A stretch of DNA of 64,000 nucleotides from IMG/VR virus record IMGVR_UViG_3300044712_002668, positions 271,989-335,988 of that record. The stretch is one strand, 5' to 3'. Below the pieces are notes generated by a model. That model was not told the origin of the DNA and did not search any database. It saw nothing but the letters and a program-made list of their open reading frames with translations. Shown one piece after another: positions 1 through 9,768 of this stretch; within the stretch, counting starts at the first letter, position 1; each line of letters starts with the position of its first letter. Position numbers and translations under genes: made by a program.

Positions 1-2
1 AT

Positions 3-953
3 CTTGGTTCAACCAATGGTTATGGTCGTGGGTTTGAGCGGAATCGTGGGCGGGATTTCGAGAATGAATTGCCTACTGAACTAGAGTTCAAGAAGTATAA
101 TAAGCATCTTGAAATCAATGTTACTCACAACATCTATCACTTTCTGGAGGAGCGTTGTGAGATTTCAAAGCTTGATGAGATTTTCCATGGTCAGTATCTC
201 AAGGAGAAGGATCCTGATAATGACCGTAGTTGGATGAGTTTGATGGAGGAGTTTCCTCAGTGGCTCTGTGAGACTTTTCAGGAACCTTGTGAGGAATGTG
301 ATGGTTCTGAGAATGAGGATGAACCTTGTGAGTTCTGTAGTGGTACTGGCAAGGTTGGTTCCACTTATGGTGAGCCTGGTGGTATTTATGGTGAGGGTAA
401 GCCTATCTTCAATTATACTTACAATACCGATAACCTATTGAGTCAGAACATTCAGTATCTTTATTTCACTCTTGGCGGTAGGCATGACCGTGAAGAGTTT
501 GCTATCATTCAGATTCATAATGGTTGTGATGCCCGAGGTGGTATGACCACTCCTCATGTGTTTGAGGTTGGGCATTCTGGATCTGAGTATGACATTTTGG
601 AGGATAACCGAGCTACGATTTATTGTAGTGGTAAGAACCATCATCCTTCTGTGAAGGTAATTCCTGAGGAGCAGGAGAATCTTCCTGGTATTGATGTTGA
701 TCATAGTTGCCGTGGCAAGTATGGTCAGAATCGTTTTTGGGATATGGAGGGATACAATAGTTTCCCTGAGGGTGAGGACCACAAGGCTACTCACCTTGAA
801 GATTATGAAGTGAAGGTTTTGGATAGTAAGGAGGATCCGAATGCGGATAATCCCGAGCCTCATGTCTGGGAGGCTGGGAAGCTATGCATTGAGCATGAAA
901 CGGGGCTTGGATATTGTCCTTATTGCGGAGCAAGGTTGGAAGCCGGGCGTTAA
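3..953 (+). CDS. Hypothetical phage protein with Zn-binding CxxC pairs, 5'-truncated by window edge
   Basis: Frame open from base 3 into the 69..953 ORF; CEEC/CEFC and CPYC motifs. Confidence 0.7.
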   Translation, partial: LGSTNGYGRGFERNRGRDFENELPTELEFKKYNKHLEINVTHNIYHFLEERCEISKLDEIFHGQYLKEKDPDNDRSWMSLMEEFPQWLCETFQEPCEECDGSENEDEPCEFCSGTGKVGSTYGEPGGIYGEGKPIFNYTYNTDNLLSQNIQYLYFTLGGRHDREEFAIIQIHNGCDARGGMTTPHVFEVGHSGSEYDILEDNRATIYCSGKNHHPSVKVIPEEQENLPGIDVDHSCRGKYGQNRFWDMEGYNSFPEGEDHKATHLEDYEVKVLDSKEDPNADNPEPHVWEAGKLCIEHETGLGYCPYCGARLEAGR

Positions 954-1063
954 TCATCGCCTTCGTCTTCAAATCCTTCTTCCTCTGCTTCTCCTTCCTC
1001 TTCTTCGGAAGCTTTCTTAAGAAAAATATCAATCATCTCTTCTAGCTTAGCAAACTTTTCCAT
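950..1063 (-). CDS. 37-aa peptide MEKFAKLEEMIDIFLKKA plus poly-acidic tail (not in ORF track)
   Basis: Hand-translated; GAGGG SD upstream; N-terminus resembles MDKMAKLEKIVNNF of the 1306..1683 protein. Confidence 0.65.
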   Translation of the reverse strand: MEKFAKLEEMIDIFLKKASEEEEGEAEEEGFEDEGDD

Positions 1064-1089
1064 AAACCCTCTAAATAAAATAGTGGAAA

Positions 1090-1311
1090 ATGCCTGGACA
1101 GAAATTCAACTTTGGAGAAATCTTTAAAAAAGAATTTGAAAGGTTTGGTAAAGGCAAGAATAGATTTAGATTGATGAATGATTATTCGATAGGGGCGGGA
1201 CAAATGGACTCTGCCTTTGAATCAAAAGGCAAAGTAAAAGTAGAAACTCTGGAAAAGTTCTGTGAGTATCTTGGTTTGGAACTGGAAATTATTGTAAAGA
1301 GAAGATCATGA
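1090..1311 (+). CDS. Small XRE-like HTH DNA-binding protein
   Basis: IGAGQMDSAFESKG...VETLEKFCEYLGLEL pattern typical of Cro/XRE HTH. Confidence 0.55.
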   Translation: MPGQKFNFGEIFKKEFERFGKGKNRFRLMNDYSIGAGQMDSAFESKGKVKVETLEKFCEYLGLELEIIVKRRS

Positions 1312-1683
1312 ATCTTCATCCTCATCATACATTACATACTTATCATATAAGTTTTTAGCAATTGGATCTTCTAGATCAAATAATATTCCATCCTTTAGTT
1401 CTGGAACTATATTTGATGACCAATAATAGTGAGCTACTATATTTGAAAGGTAATTATGTTTTTCTTTATCACTTAAATCAAGTGAACTTATTTCTTGTTC
1501 TTTCTTGAAAAGAGCATCAATAATTATCTCTCTTAAATCTGAAAGGTTGTTTTTCAGATTATTACAAACTTTATCTAGAACGTGCATGGTTTTTTGAAGT
1601 TTCTCTTCAAGACCATGACTGCCTTTCTTAACAGTAAAGTAGAAGTTGTTGACAATTTTTTCCAGTTTAGCCATCTTATCCAT
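1306..1683 (-). CDS. Hypothetical protein with K-x-A-type N-terminal helix
   Basis: ORF; likely ATG at 1683 (MDKMAKLEK). Confidence 0.6.
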   Translation of the reverse strand: MDKMAKLEKIVNNFYFTVKKGSHGLEEKLQKTMHVLDKVCNNLKNNLSDLREIIIDALFKKEQEISSLDLSDKEKHNYLSNIVAHYYWSSNIVPELKDGILFDLEDPIAKNLYDKYVMYDEDEDS

Positions 1684-1745
1684 GTCTATATTTCTAAAAA
1701 TGCCTTGGATGGGATGACACATAAAAAACAAAAAGAGTTTGAGTC

Positions 1746-1967
1746 ATGAGCAAAGAAGACCTGATCGAGATCCGTGGCCGTATTATTGAAGCCCTTGGTG
1801 GTGGACAGTATTCAATCCAGGTGGATGGAAATGATACTGTTCTTCGTGCCAGATTGGGAGGCAAGATGAAGCAGAAACATATCAGGGTTATCCCTGGTGA
1901 CCTTGTTACTGTAGGCGTAAGCCCATATGATATGAGTCATGGTATTATTACTTGGCGTTTCAAGTAA
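1746..1967 (+). CDS. infA: Translation initiation factor IF-1
   Basis: MSKEDLIEIRG, GKMKQKHIRVIPGDLVTVGVSPYD and GIITWR match IF-1 over the full 73 aa. Confidence 0.95.
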   Translation: MSKEDLIEIRGRIIEALGGGQYSIQVDGNDTVLRARLGGKMKQKHIRVIPGDLVTVGVSPYDMSHGIITWRFK

Positions 1968-1978
1968 AGGTAAACACA

Positions 1979-2824
1979 ATGACCAACACCCAAGACATCC
2001 TCAGAATTTGTTCCAATGGTCCCAAGGTTGTTTTCAAGCCCGCCAAGGGTACAAAGCTTGGTGATTTTACTACCAAAACTTCTACACTGTATGGTGTAGA
2101 TAAGATTGTTGAAGCCTTCAAGGATTTCACCAAGGATAAGAATCCGGCAAAGTTTATCGGTAATATTTACGATGGCCGAGAGATTGTTGCCGTTGTTTCT
2201 TATAACGTCAAACAGGGAGTGATGATTTGTGATAAGGCACTTGAAACCCGCTATTGGTCTGAAACTGATGCTGTCATTGCTTCTGCCAAGCGTAATGAGT
2301 ATTACGCAAAGATAAAGCCCATCGTTACTCTTTATAATGAAACCTTCCTCAACTTTGTTTCAAATATTTATAACACTATGGTAATTGAAAATGTCAAGAC
2401 TGTTGTGGTTTTCAATTACCGTGAGAGTTTGATTGAGAGCTTTGAAGATTTGAAGAAGGCATTGTTTGATGGTGCAGATTTTGACAAGATCAATTCCACT
2501 GGAGTTTTGCTGAAGAATCCTTTTGTGATTGATGTTGGAAACAAGAGTGTGAATGTAAAGAAGAATAAGGGCATTCTTAGTTTCAGGTATGATGATTTCA
2601 CTGCCAGTGTGTCATTGTCTAATATCAAGATTGATACGGATGATGGGGCTGAGGTTTGGTTTGATTATGTAAAGAAGGTAGAGTTGATTCATGGTTATCT
2701 TTGCGAGGATAATCAGAATGATACTTCTACTGTGCTGAATGAGTTGAAGGCATTGTATGAGTCTTCCAAGGCTGAGATGTTGAAGATTCGTACTGAGCTT
2801 GGAGTAAAGACCCTCAATGACTGA
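1979..2824 (+). CDS. Hypothetical protein
   Basis: Long ORF, AAGG SD, genome-typical codon usage. Confidence 0.7.
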   Translation: MTNTQDILRICSNGPKVVFKPAKGTKLGDFTTKTSTLYGVDKIVEAFKDFTKDKNPAKFIGNIYDGREIVAVVSYNVKQGVMICDKALETRYWSETDAVIASAKRNEYYAKIKPIVTLYNETFLNFVSNIYNTMVIENVKTVVVFNYRESLIESFEDLKKALFDGADFDKINSTGVLLKNPFVIDVGNKSVNVKKNKGILSFRYDDFTASVSLSNIKIDTDDGAEVWFDYVKKVELIHGYLCEDNQNDTSTVLNELKALYESSKAEMLKIRTELGVKTLND

Positions 2825-3212
2825 TACCACAGAGGAAAGGCTTGACGATTATTGTAAGCGTATTGGATTGAAGATGAAGGTTGAATACATCGGACTAATA
2901 TCCGATGGATTGTTTTCCAAGAAGCATTATAAATGCAGGCTTGGTTTCAAGGGTAGGACTTTGACTACCGATTTTTATCAGGGTATGGGTTGCACAGAAG
3001 AACCGGTTATCCCTGATGTGATTTCAAGTTTGTGTTTGGATGCTTCTGCTGGAATGGAAGACTTTCCTTTTTTCTGTTCCAGCTTTGGATATGATACCGA
3101 TTCGATGAAGGCCAATAAGCTTTGGAAGGCATGCAAGGCTACCGTGCCCAAGTTGAAGAGGTTTCTTGGAGATGCATTCAATGAAACCTGTGAGAAGGGT
3201 AGTACTTGGTAA
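2817..3212 (+). CDS. Hypothetical phage protein
   Basis: Coupled ORF in operon. Confidence 0.7.
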   Translation: MTDTTEERLDDYCKRIGLKMKVEYIGLISDGLFSKKHYKCRLGFKGRTLTTDFYQGMGCTEEPVIPDVISSLCLDASAGMEDFPFFCSSFGYDTDSMKANKLWKACKATVPKLKRFLGDAFNETCEKGSTW

Positions 3213-3490
3213 TGGGACAGGATATTGATAACGCAAAACCAGGTGACATATTTGTAGCGGCTGATAATGGTATTTACGGTGTTATTGTATTGGCTGCTAA
3301 AAATAAAGTTGATGATGTAAATTTGTGTGCCTTTACATCCAAGGGTCCTGATATGAAAGGACCCTTTACCAATTACTTTATGGATGCATGGAAGCTTACT
3401 TATCGTTATAGAGTTCCTGATATAAAGGATTGGGATTGGATTCCTGAAAGTGTTAATGAATATGCTTGGGAAGTAAAAGAGAACTCGTAA
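3212..3490 (+). CDS. Hypothetical protein
   Basis: TAATG coupling. Confidence 0.6.
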   Translation: MGQDIDNAKPGDIFVAADNGIYGVIVLAAKNKVDDVNLCAFTSKGPDMKGPFTNYFMDAWKLTYRYRVPDIKDWDWIPESVNEYAWEVKENS

Positions 3491-3822
3491 TGTCAAGGCA
3501 ATATACACAAGAAGAGATTCGAGATAAGTTTATGACTCATGTTGCTGCTCTTGTCAGGTATTGGCAGCGGCAAGTTGATTGTTCTTCTGATGAGAAAGTT
3601 GAGGGTATTACCCATTCTCTTCTTGTAGCTCTGGATGGTGGAGCAATGGCTCTTCCGGCTTTCAAGGTCATTGCGGATCCGCATCCTGCTGATAAGCAAT
3701 ATCATATTGAACATGATGAAAATTGGTATCCTGAGAGTCATGAGTTGAATCATCCTGGTGATATTACGGCAGATGGACTTCTTCATGAGGTTCTGTTCAA
3801 GTACCTGAAGGATGACGAATGA
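3490..3822 (+). CDS. Hypothetical phage protein
   Basis: TAATG coupling. Confidence 0.7.
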   Translation: MSRQYTQEEIRDKFMTHVAALVRYWQRQVDCSSDEKVEGITHSLLVALDGGAMALPAFKVIADPHPADKQYHIEHDENWYPESHELNHPGDITADGLLHEVLFKYLKDDE

Positions 3823-4376
3823 ACATCAACAACCTCAAGAGTTTTATTACTGGTAAGATTGATTCGATCAAGAATGTTGTATTGAATAAGTTTGGGGTTA
3901 GCGGAGAGCCGTTGTTTGTGGGTGGTAGTTGGGAAGTGTTTGTTGAGAAGATCCATGAAATCGTGGATGATTATGTTGAGAATAGTCACAGACGTTTTTT
4001 GGAATCATTGGTTACCAATGAGGTTGAGTTCAAGATTGGTGAGCTGGATCTTCCAACTGAGAATCGTATTAATGATTTGATTGATGAAGCGATGACTGAG
4101 AAGATTGATGAAGCTATCGATAAGGCTATTTCGGATGAGGGTAATGAACATTTGAGGACAGTTATTACTGAAATTGTTGAGGAGAACGCTGTAACTGAGG
4201 AGTATATTTCTGATATTGTTCGAACACAGTTGAGTGACCAAGGTGATGATTTTGAGGATTCTGTTATGAGTGTAGTCAAGACAAACAGTGATTTTGAGTT
4301 GTGTGTTCTGGATATTATCAAGGATAATCCCAGGGCTGTTCTCAAGGCATTGCTTGAGGGTTTGAATAACGAGTAG
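3819..4376 (+). CDS. Acidic helical hypothetical protein
   Basis: ATGA overlap; D/E-rich. Confidence 0.7.
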   Translation: MNINNLKSFITGKIDSIKNVVLNKFGVSGEPLFVGGSWEVFVEKIHEIVDDYVENSHRRFLESLVTNEVEFKIGELDLPTENRINDLIDEAMTEKIDEAIDKAISDEGNEHLRTVITEIVEENAVTEEYISDIVRTQLSDQGDDFEDSVMSVVKTNSDFELCVLDIIKDNPRAVLKALLEGLNNE

Positions 4377-4386
4377 TAGGTGAATA

Positions 4387-5478
4387 ATGGGACTATCTGA
4401 CGAAGAGAGAATCTCTAAGGTTTTTGCAGTATTCATTCGTTTGAATGATTACTTTGATACTAATACATCTCAGTATCATAAGTATGATTTGGAAATATAT
4501 AATAAGCTGAAGAAGATTGTAAAGAAGTTGTGGATTACTTATTATAGTGGTTCACGAAATGGTATGTTCTGGTTTTGTGGTGGCGAGATTGATAGCACTG
4601 ATTTGCCGCCCATGGGAACCATGGCATCATCATTCAGGTTGCTTGATAAGGAAGATGTTTTTTTTCCACCTCCCAAGGATGAGGAGGAGAAGAAAGATAG
4701 GGACTTCTGGAATTATGAGAAGCCTGAAAAGGAACAGACTTCTTATGACAAGCTTTGTTATTATATTCGTCAGTATTTCGATAAAATTGAATTCTTGCAT
4801 AAGAAGAATGAGCACGCTGTATGGAATGTGTTTCGTGAATGCGAAGCATATTTCTATGCAGCCAATCGATATGATGATAAGTTGTCAAAGCGTTTGGGCA
4901 AGGTTACCAAGTTGTTTGCTGAGATGATGGGTATTTGTACTCATGCATTTGCAAACAATCCTGTTTATTATAAAGCCTGGATGGCTGATAAGATTCTTGA
5001 GAAGTTCAAGGTTTATGATGGGAACGATCTTGTTATGCAATGGTTTATAAAGCATAACTTTCATCATAAGATTTCTTTGAAGTATTATGATAATGCTCAG
5101 CTTTATGCTGATTATAAGAAGTTCCGAGCGTTGTCAGCTCCATCCTTGATGGATAAGATAGAGGTATTGTTCAGGTTCATTGGGGGCGGGCTTGATGATT
5201 TTTATCATAAGCAATTGCTTGAATCATGTAAGAAGGCTAATTTTAGTGAAGGTGATATCAAGAAGGTTGAGGGTTGGTTGAATAATTGTAAGAAGCTTCG
5301 TGAGGAAAAGGAGGCTGAAACTAAAACTGATTATAATAAGAATCGTTTTGATTCTGTATGGTTTGAGAGTTATGATGTAAAGGATACTGAGGAGAAGCCT
5401 GAAGTAAAGAAGGAGGTCAAGAAGATTTCAGCTCCAAAGAAGAAGCCTGTTACAAAGAAGGCCAAGGTCAAGAAATGA
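4387..5478 (+). CDS. Hypothetical protein with Lys-rich tail
   Basis: 363-aa ORF with AGGTG SD. Confidence 0.75.
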   Translation: MGLSDEERISKVFAVFIRLNDYFDTNTSQYHKYDLEIYNKLKKIVKKLWITYYSGSRNGMFWFCGGEIDSTDLPPMGTMASSFRLLDKEDVFFPPPKDEEEKKDRDFWNYEKPEKEQTSYDKLCYYIRQYFDKIEFLHKKNEHAVWNVFRECEAYFYAANRYDDKLSKRLGKVTKLFAEMMGICTHAFANNPVYYKAWMADKILEKFKVYDGNDLVMQWFIKHNFHHKISLKYYDNAQLYADYKKFRALSAPSLMDKIEVLFRFIGGGLDDFYHKQLLESCKKANFSEGDIKKVEGWLNNCKKLREEKEAETKTDYNKNRFDSVWFESYDVKDTEEKPEVKKEVKKISAPKKKPVTKKAKVKK

Positions 5479-5672
5479 CCCTTTGGAATTTTTGGCATTC
5501 ACCATGGCAACGCAAGTTGCTATTTATTATCATATCTATCTTTGCTTTTATTGCTTATCTTAGAGGGGAATCTGTATTACTTGAACTGGCCTGGGATGGT
5601 GTTTGGATCTCCGGTGTAGAATTGATAACGGCAATATTGATGACGATGTTCTGCACAGAGCCAAAGAAATGA
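5475..5672 (+). CDS. Small two-TM membrane protein
   Basis: Two hydrophobic segments; ATGA overlaps at both ends. Confidence 0.55.
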   Translation: MTLWNFWHSPWQRKLLFIIISIFAFIAYLRGESVLLELAWDGVWISGVELITAILMTMFCTEPKK

Positions 5673-5935
5673 CAATCGAAAAGGTATCAGTTTTGATTTA
5701 CTCTCACAGGCATGGAACTGATGTGAGTGTTTATAAGACTAATGAGGGGGCTATCAAGGCAGTCTTTGAAATTATGGCTGAATATAAACTTGAGCTTGAG
5801 GGTTCTGGTGATAAGGAGGCTATTGCAGAATTTGAGGAAGCTGTGAAGAATAATGATATCGGAACGGCTTCAGAGATTTGGGCTGAGATTGTTGGAGAAA
5901 CTTTCGAGATCAATGAGGTTCCTTTGAATGAATAA
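5669..5935 (+). CDS. Hypothetical protein
   Basis: Coupled ORF, start MTIEK. Confidence 0.6.
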   Translation: MTIEKVSVLIYSHRHGTDVSVYKTNEGAIKAVFEIMAEYKLELEGSGDKEAIAEFEEAVKNNDIGTASEIWAEIVGETFEINEVPLNE

Positions 5936-6230
5936 AGAAGTGGCATTGGTTTTATTGCATCGTAGACATGGCTATGTTGAAAGTGTTTATATTCTACCAG
6001 AACAAGAAGCTTATAGACAAGCTATAATTTATATAATTGGCAATCTTAATTGTACTACAAATCCTGAAGATATTCAGGTTATTAAAAATCTTATTCTTGA
6101 AAAGAAATATGAAGAAGCTTATGAGATATTGGATGCTGAGAATTATGTAGCAGTTATGCCGATAAATACTCTTGATGAGGAGGTTTCTGATACTGAGGTT
6201 ATCAAGTGGCTAACTGGAGATAATAAATAA
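5928..6230 (+). CDS. Hypothetical protein
   Basis: Coupled ORF with GAGG SD. Confidence 0.6.
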   Translation: MNKEVALVLLHRRHGYVESVYILPEQEAYRQAIIYIIGNLNCTTNPEDIQVIKNLILEKKYEEAYEILDAENYVAVMPINTLDEEVSDTEVIKWLTGDNK

Positions 6231-6472
6231 TGTACGACAATGATGATGAGGATTATGACCCTTGTTATGATAATGATGACGATGATGATTTGATTGATGG
6301 GGTTGGGTTTGCACAAGAGGGCAGTGCTCTCCGGGCCGAAACCCCTGACAATCCCCGCATCTATCCTTGTCCTACTTGCGGTGCAGAAAATGTTCTTACC
6401 TTGATTGATAAGGCCCGTCATTACCAATGCGACCGCTGTGCAGATAGGGCAGAGCGTGGAGGTGATTGGTAA
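6230..6472 (+). CDS. Acidic Zn-ribbon protein
   Basis: CPTC...CDRC; TAATG coupling. Confidence 0.65.
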   Translation: MYDNDDEDYDPCYDNDDDDDLIDGVGFAQEGSALRAETPDNPRIYPCPTCGAENVLTLIDKARHYQCDRCADRAERGGDW

Positions 6473-6732
6473 TGCTCAAAGACTGGGATGAGAAGATTGA
6501 CATCTCTGATTTGATTGATAATTATAATGACGATAAGATTAATGTGATAGCAGTTGCCAAGGGTTTGGCTGACAGGCTTGCCGCTTGCAAGTGGAGCAAG
6601 AAAGATTTTATCGTTGATTGTATTGCTAGACTTCGTGATGCTGTAGAAGACGAAGATGAGTTTGATGAGCTTCTTGAAGAGCTTTATGATTGGGGAGATA
6701 CTAATAAGCGTCTTTGGGTTCAGGCAATGTAA
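6472..6732 (+). CDS. Hypothetical phage protein
   Basis: GGAGG SD; coupled. Confidence 0.65.
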   Translation: MLKDWDEKIDISDLIDNYNDDKINVIAVAKGLADRLAACKWSKKDFIVDCIARLRDAVEDEDEFDELLEELYDWGDTNKRLWVQAM

Positions 6733-7170
6733 TTAGTCTTTTGGAATATCCTTTCTTGAAGCTGGCTGCATAAGGAGATTCCTTGCACTAACAGGGGTGG
6801 CTATATCAGCCATCCCTTGGTATGGTTGTCCATGCTCTCTCATTAAAAATAATGCCAGCCTTCTTAAATTAGCTCTATATCTTTTTATAACTTGATACTT
6901 CTCATTGATTTTATTTTGCAATTTATTTATTTCATCTCTCTTCAATCTTCGCATAAACTCTGATGTTTGAATAAGAAGTTCTTCATTAACTTTATCTATA
7001 TTATTTTGTAGATAAGATATCTCCTCTTCCATAAGTTTTATTTTATCTATTTGATATTCTACTTTATCTCTTATTGTTTCATCAAGCAAGTGAAGATGGG
7101 CCTTGATTTCCTCAATGGCTATCTTGATAATCTTCATATCGCGAGCAATTTTTACCAATACGTTTTTCAT
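6733..7170 (-). CDS. Coiled-coil protein with LVKIA/IIKIA N-terminal motif
   Basis: Likely start MKNVLVKIA at 7170. Confidence 0.6.
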   Translation of the reverse strand: MKNVLVKIARDMKIIKIAIEEIKAHLHLLDETIRDKVEYQIDKIKLMEEEISYLQNNIDKVNEELLIQTSEFMRRLKRDEINKLQNKINEKYQVIKRYRANLRRLALFLMREHGQPYQGMADIATPVSARNLLMQPASRKDIPKD

Positions 7171-7192
7171 ATTAGTATAAAAGAATATGACT

Positions 7193-7366
7193 ATGAACAA
7201 ACCAAACAAATTAGTATTGACAATCAATATTGGAAATGATGATGTTCAAACCAGGGACGATGTTGCCAGGGTTATCAAGCAACATCTCACCAAGATTGCT
7301 AATAAAGATTCTGGTAAGATTATGGATGATAATGGAAACTCCATTGGTAAGTGGGAATATCAATGA
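7193..7366 (+). CDS. 57-aa hypothetical protein (not in ORF track)
   Basis: Hand-translated MNKPNKLVLTINIGND...IMDDNGNSIGKWEYQ; ATGA overlap with next gene. Confidence 0.6.
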   Translation: MNKPNKLVLTINIGNDDVQTRDDVARVIKQHLTKIANKDSGKIMDDNGNSIGKWEYQ

Positions 7367-7593
7367 GCGATGATGCTCCAAGAAAATTTTTCAAATGCAC
7401 TTTCACTGTCACTGTAATTTGTGAAGATGAGCCGATAGCTCCTGATACGAGTTTGGGGGATATTGAGTATGAGATTATGGAGGGAGAGTGTGTTGGGGAT
7501 GTGGAGTATGCAGAAGTGCAGGAGATAACTTATGAAGAGGCGAAGGTTGAGTGTGAGAAAATTGGAGCTGAGATTGAATTTTTCGGACCATAA
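7363..7593 (+). CDS. Acidic hypothetical protein
   Basis: Coupled ORF. Confidence 0.6.
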   Translation: MSDDAPRKFFKCTFTVTVICEDEPIAPDTSLGDIEYEIMEGECVGDVEYAEVQEITYEEAKVECEKIGAEIEFFGP

Positions 7594-7612
7594 ACTGCTT
7601 GATAAAAATCAT

Positions 7613-7640
7613 TTGACAATTGAAAACTCTGTGATATCTA
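7613..7640 (+). promoter_or_regulatory. sigma70-like promoter TTGACA-16-TATCTA with TGn
   Basis: Intergenic, upstream of histone-like gene. Confidence 0.45.
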
Positions 7641-7673
7641 ACTGATAACCCGGTACAAAAGGAAAAAAACAAC

Positions 7674-8384
7674 ATGGCCAAGACCACCGATACCAGCATT
7701 TCCGCCGCTTTCGCCACCAAGGCCGCTCGTCTGGTTGAGCTTGAGAAGGAGCTTGCTCTTCTGAAGAAGGAGCTTGCTGAGGATCTCAAGAGCATTTCAA
7801 CGAGTGAGCTTGCTCCTATTGTGAAGGATCTGGTTGCGGTGCAAAAGCAGGCACGCCCTGCCCGGACGAATGTTCGCGGCAGTGTTCGTTCCCCTGTGAC
7901 TGGCGAGACTCCCACGGAGTACGTCAGGCGTTGTGATCCGAACCTCTCCATCAAGGAGGTGATTGAGCTTGCCAAGGAAGAGGTCAAGCTTGATATTTCG
8001 TATGCCCTTGTTTATCAGACTCGTAAGAACGATTCTGCGAAGGGTGTTGTTGCTCCCCCTCCAAAGAAGGCTGTCAAGAAGGCTCCTGCAAAGGAGGAGC
8101 CGAAGCCTTCCAAGAAGGAAACTCCCAAGCCTGCTAAGAAGGAGGAACCTAAGCCCTCCAAGAAGCCGGCCAAGAAGGAGCCTGCCAAGGAGATTGCAAA
8201 GCCGACCAAGGAGGAGGCCAAGCCTTCCAAGAAGAAGTCGGTCATTGTCAAGAAGGGAGAGGTTGCCGCTGCCAAGCCGGCTGTGACGCCCTCCAAGCGT
8301 GTTGCTAAGAAGCCCCTTGCCCCTGCGCCCGAGGTTGTTGTCCCTGCCCTTGAGGCTGCTACGGAAGTTTCCGCTGCCAACTAA
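7674..8384 (+). CDS. Histone H1-like DNA-binding protein (coiled coil, small helical domain, K/A/P/E-rich repeats)
   Basis: PAKKEEPKPSKK repeats; strongly biased GCC/AAG codons; paralog at 8966. Confidence 0.75.
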   Translation: MAKTTDTSISAAFATKAARLVELEKELALLKKELAEDLKSISTSELAPIVKDLVAVQKQARPARTNVRGSVRSPVTGETPTEYVRRCDPNLSIKEVIELAKEEVKLDISYALVYQTRKNDSAKGVVAPPPKKAVKKAPAKEEPKPSKKETPKPAKKEEPKPSKKPAKKEPAKEIAKPTKEEAKPSKKKSVIVKKGEVAAAKPAVTPSKRVAKKPLAPAPEVVVPALEAATEVSAAN

Positions 8385-8436
8385 GGCCAAGAATTGAAAG
8401 CACTCTTCCTTAACTTAATCCTTATAAAGGGATTAT

Positions 8437-8871
8437 ATGACCAACAGAACCCTCGATAAAGCATTGACTCTCGTTGCATTGGCTCTCGAATCAATCCCTG
8501 GTACGGCCAGGGAATTGAATCGCAAGCGGCACGAAGCCCGTCTTCAAAAACGTTTGTTTGATTCGTTGAAAAACATTGTTAAGAAGAAGCCCTCCAAGGC
8601 TGAGGGTGAGGTTAAGAAGGAAGTCAAGCGAGAGAAGAACCTTGATTATTTGAATGCTCTTCAACTTGTAAAGTCTTATTTGAACAAGGTTGGTAAGAAG
8701 GAATTTATTGTTGAAGATGTTTGTAAATATGCAAATCAGTTTGATAAGAATGTTATCAGGGGCCGTATTGAATATTGTAAGCAGGCTGGGCTTGTAAAGA
8801 CCACTGGTAAGCGTGGTAAGAATTCTCGCGGTAAGAATGTTGAAATCCTTGCTGTTGTTGAAAAGAACTGA
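8437..8871 (+). CDS. Basic protein, possible winged-helix C-terminus
   Basis: Lys/Arg-rich; AAGGGA SD. Confidence 0.6.
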   Translation: MTNRTLDKALTLVALALESIPGTARELNRKRHEARLQKRLFDSLKNIVKKKPSKAEGEVKKEVKREKNLDYLNALQLVKSYLNKVGKKEFIVEDVCKYANQFDKNVIRGRIEYCKQAGLVKTTGKRGKNSRGKNVEILAVVEKN

Positions 8872-8900
8872 ACATTTTGTCAGATAACATATTTTTGAAC

Positions 8901-8928
8901 TTGCATCAATGAACATCAGCGCTATAAA
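8901..8928 (+). promoter_or_regulatory. sigma70-like promoter TTGCAT-16-TATAAA
   Basis: Intergenic, upstream of second histone-like gene. Confidence 0.45.
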
Positions 8929-8965
8929 TCAATCAAGCAACCGCAACAACAAGGAACAAAACAAC

Positions 8966-9421
8966 ATGGCCAAGACCACCACCACCAGTGTTTCCGCTAC
9001 CGCTTCTTCTTTCAGTGCCCAGCTCGCTCGCCTTGCTGAGCTTCAGCTTGAGACTGAGACTCTGAAGAAGAGCCTGCTTTCGCAGCTCGGACCTGATTAC
9101 GCCAAGGGTCAGGTTGCTGCTTCTTTCAAGCCGGTCAAGCGTGCTTCTCGTGGCCGTCCTTCTGGTGAGGATATCCGCGTGAACGGCATCACCCGCAGCG
9201 AGTTCATTCGCAATTGTGATCCCGCTCTCTCCATTAAGGAGGTGCAGGAGCTTGGCCGTAACGCCGGGTTCGGAGAGATTGGTTACCACCTTGTTTATCA
9301 GGTGCGCCTGAACGCTGCCGCCAAGGCCGAGGCCGAGCGGGAAGCCAAGGCGCTTGCCAAGGCCGAGCGTGCCAAGGCCAAGGCTGCTTCTGAGAAGAAG
9401 GCTGCCAAGGGTAAGAAGTAA
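8966..9421 (+). CDS. Histone-like DNA-binding protein, paralog of 7674..8384
   Basis: Shared MAKTT start and CDP.LSIKEV.EL...Y.LVYQ.R domain; AK-rich tail. Confidence 0.75.
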   Translation: MAKTTTTSVSATASSFSAQLARLAELQLETETLKKSLLSQLGPDYAKGQVAASFKPVKRASRGRPSGEDIRVNGITRSEFIRNCDPALSIKEVQELGRNAGFGEIGYHLVYQVRLNAAAKAEAEREAKALAKAERAKAKAASEKKAAKGKK

Positions 9422-9443
9422 CCTTTTTTGAAAAAAATTGTTG

Positions 9444-9483
9444 GCCCAGGGAGAGGGAAACCTCTCCTTGGGCTTCTTTTTTT
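9444..9483 (+). terminator. Intrinsic terminator
   Basis: GCCCAGGGAGAGG-GAAA-CCTCTCCTTGGGC hairpin followed by T-tract. Confidence 0.85.
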
Positions 9484-9543
9484 GATATATCTATCAATCA
9501 TAGATTATTTCTTTAAAGAAAGTTTGAATCGAAGCGAGCAAAA

Positions 9544-9768
9544 ATGGATCAATTATTGATAGAAACCATGGAGCTGGCAACACGTAGATTCAAAAACAAT
9601 AAGATAAGAGTTTGGTATATAAAAGTTGGACCTAAAAATTGGAGAGCGATTATCTTCAATACTCAAAACAGAATTGTTTATCTGCGTGGGCCAGCAAAGA
9701 AATCACCCAAATCCGCATTGAATGCAATCGGTGCGTTACTTATTACTGCAATGCAGAAAATTTCTTAA
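9544..9768 (+). CDS. Basic hypothetical protein
   Basis: ORF after terminator. Confidence 0.5.
   Translation: MDQLLIETMELATRRFKNNKIRVWYIKVGPKNWRAIIFNTQNRIVYLRGPAKKSPKSALNAIGALLITAMQKIS

Noticed and set aside
7475-8390. Overlapping minus-strand and alternate-frame ORFs over the histone-like gene (and similar shadows throughout the window)
   Set aside because: Artefacts of biased codon usage that lacks stops in other frames; the + strand genes have SDs and translational coupling
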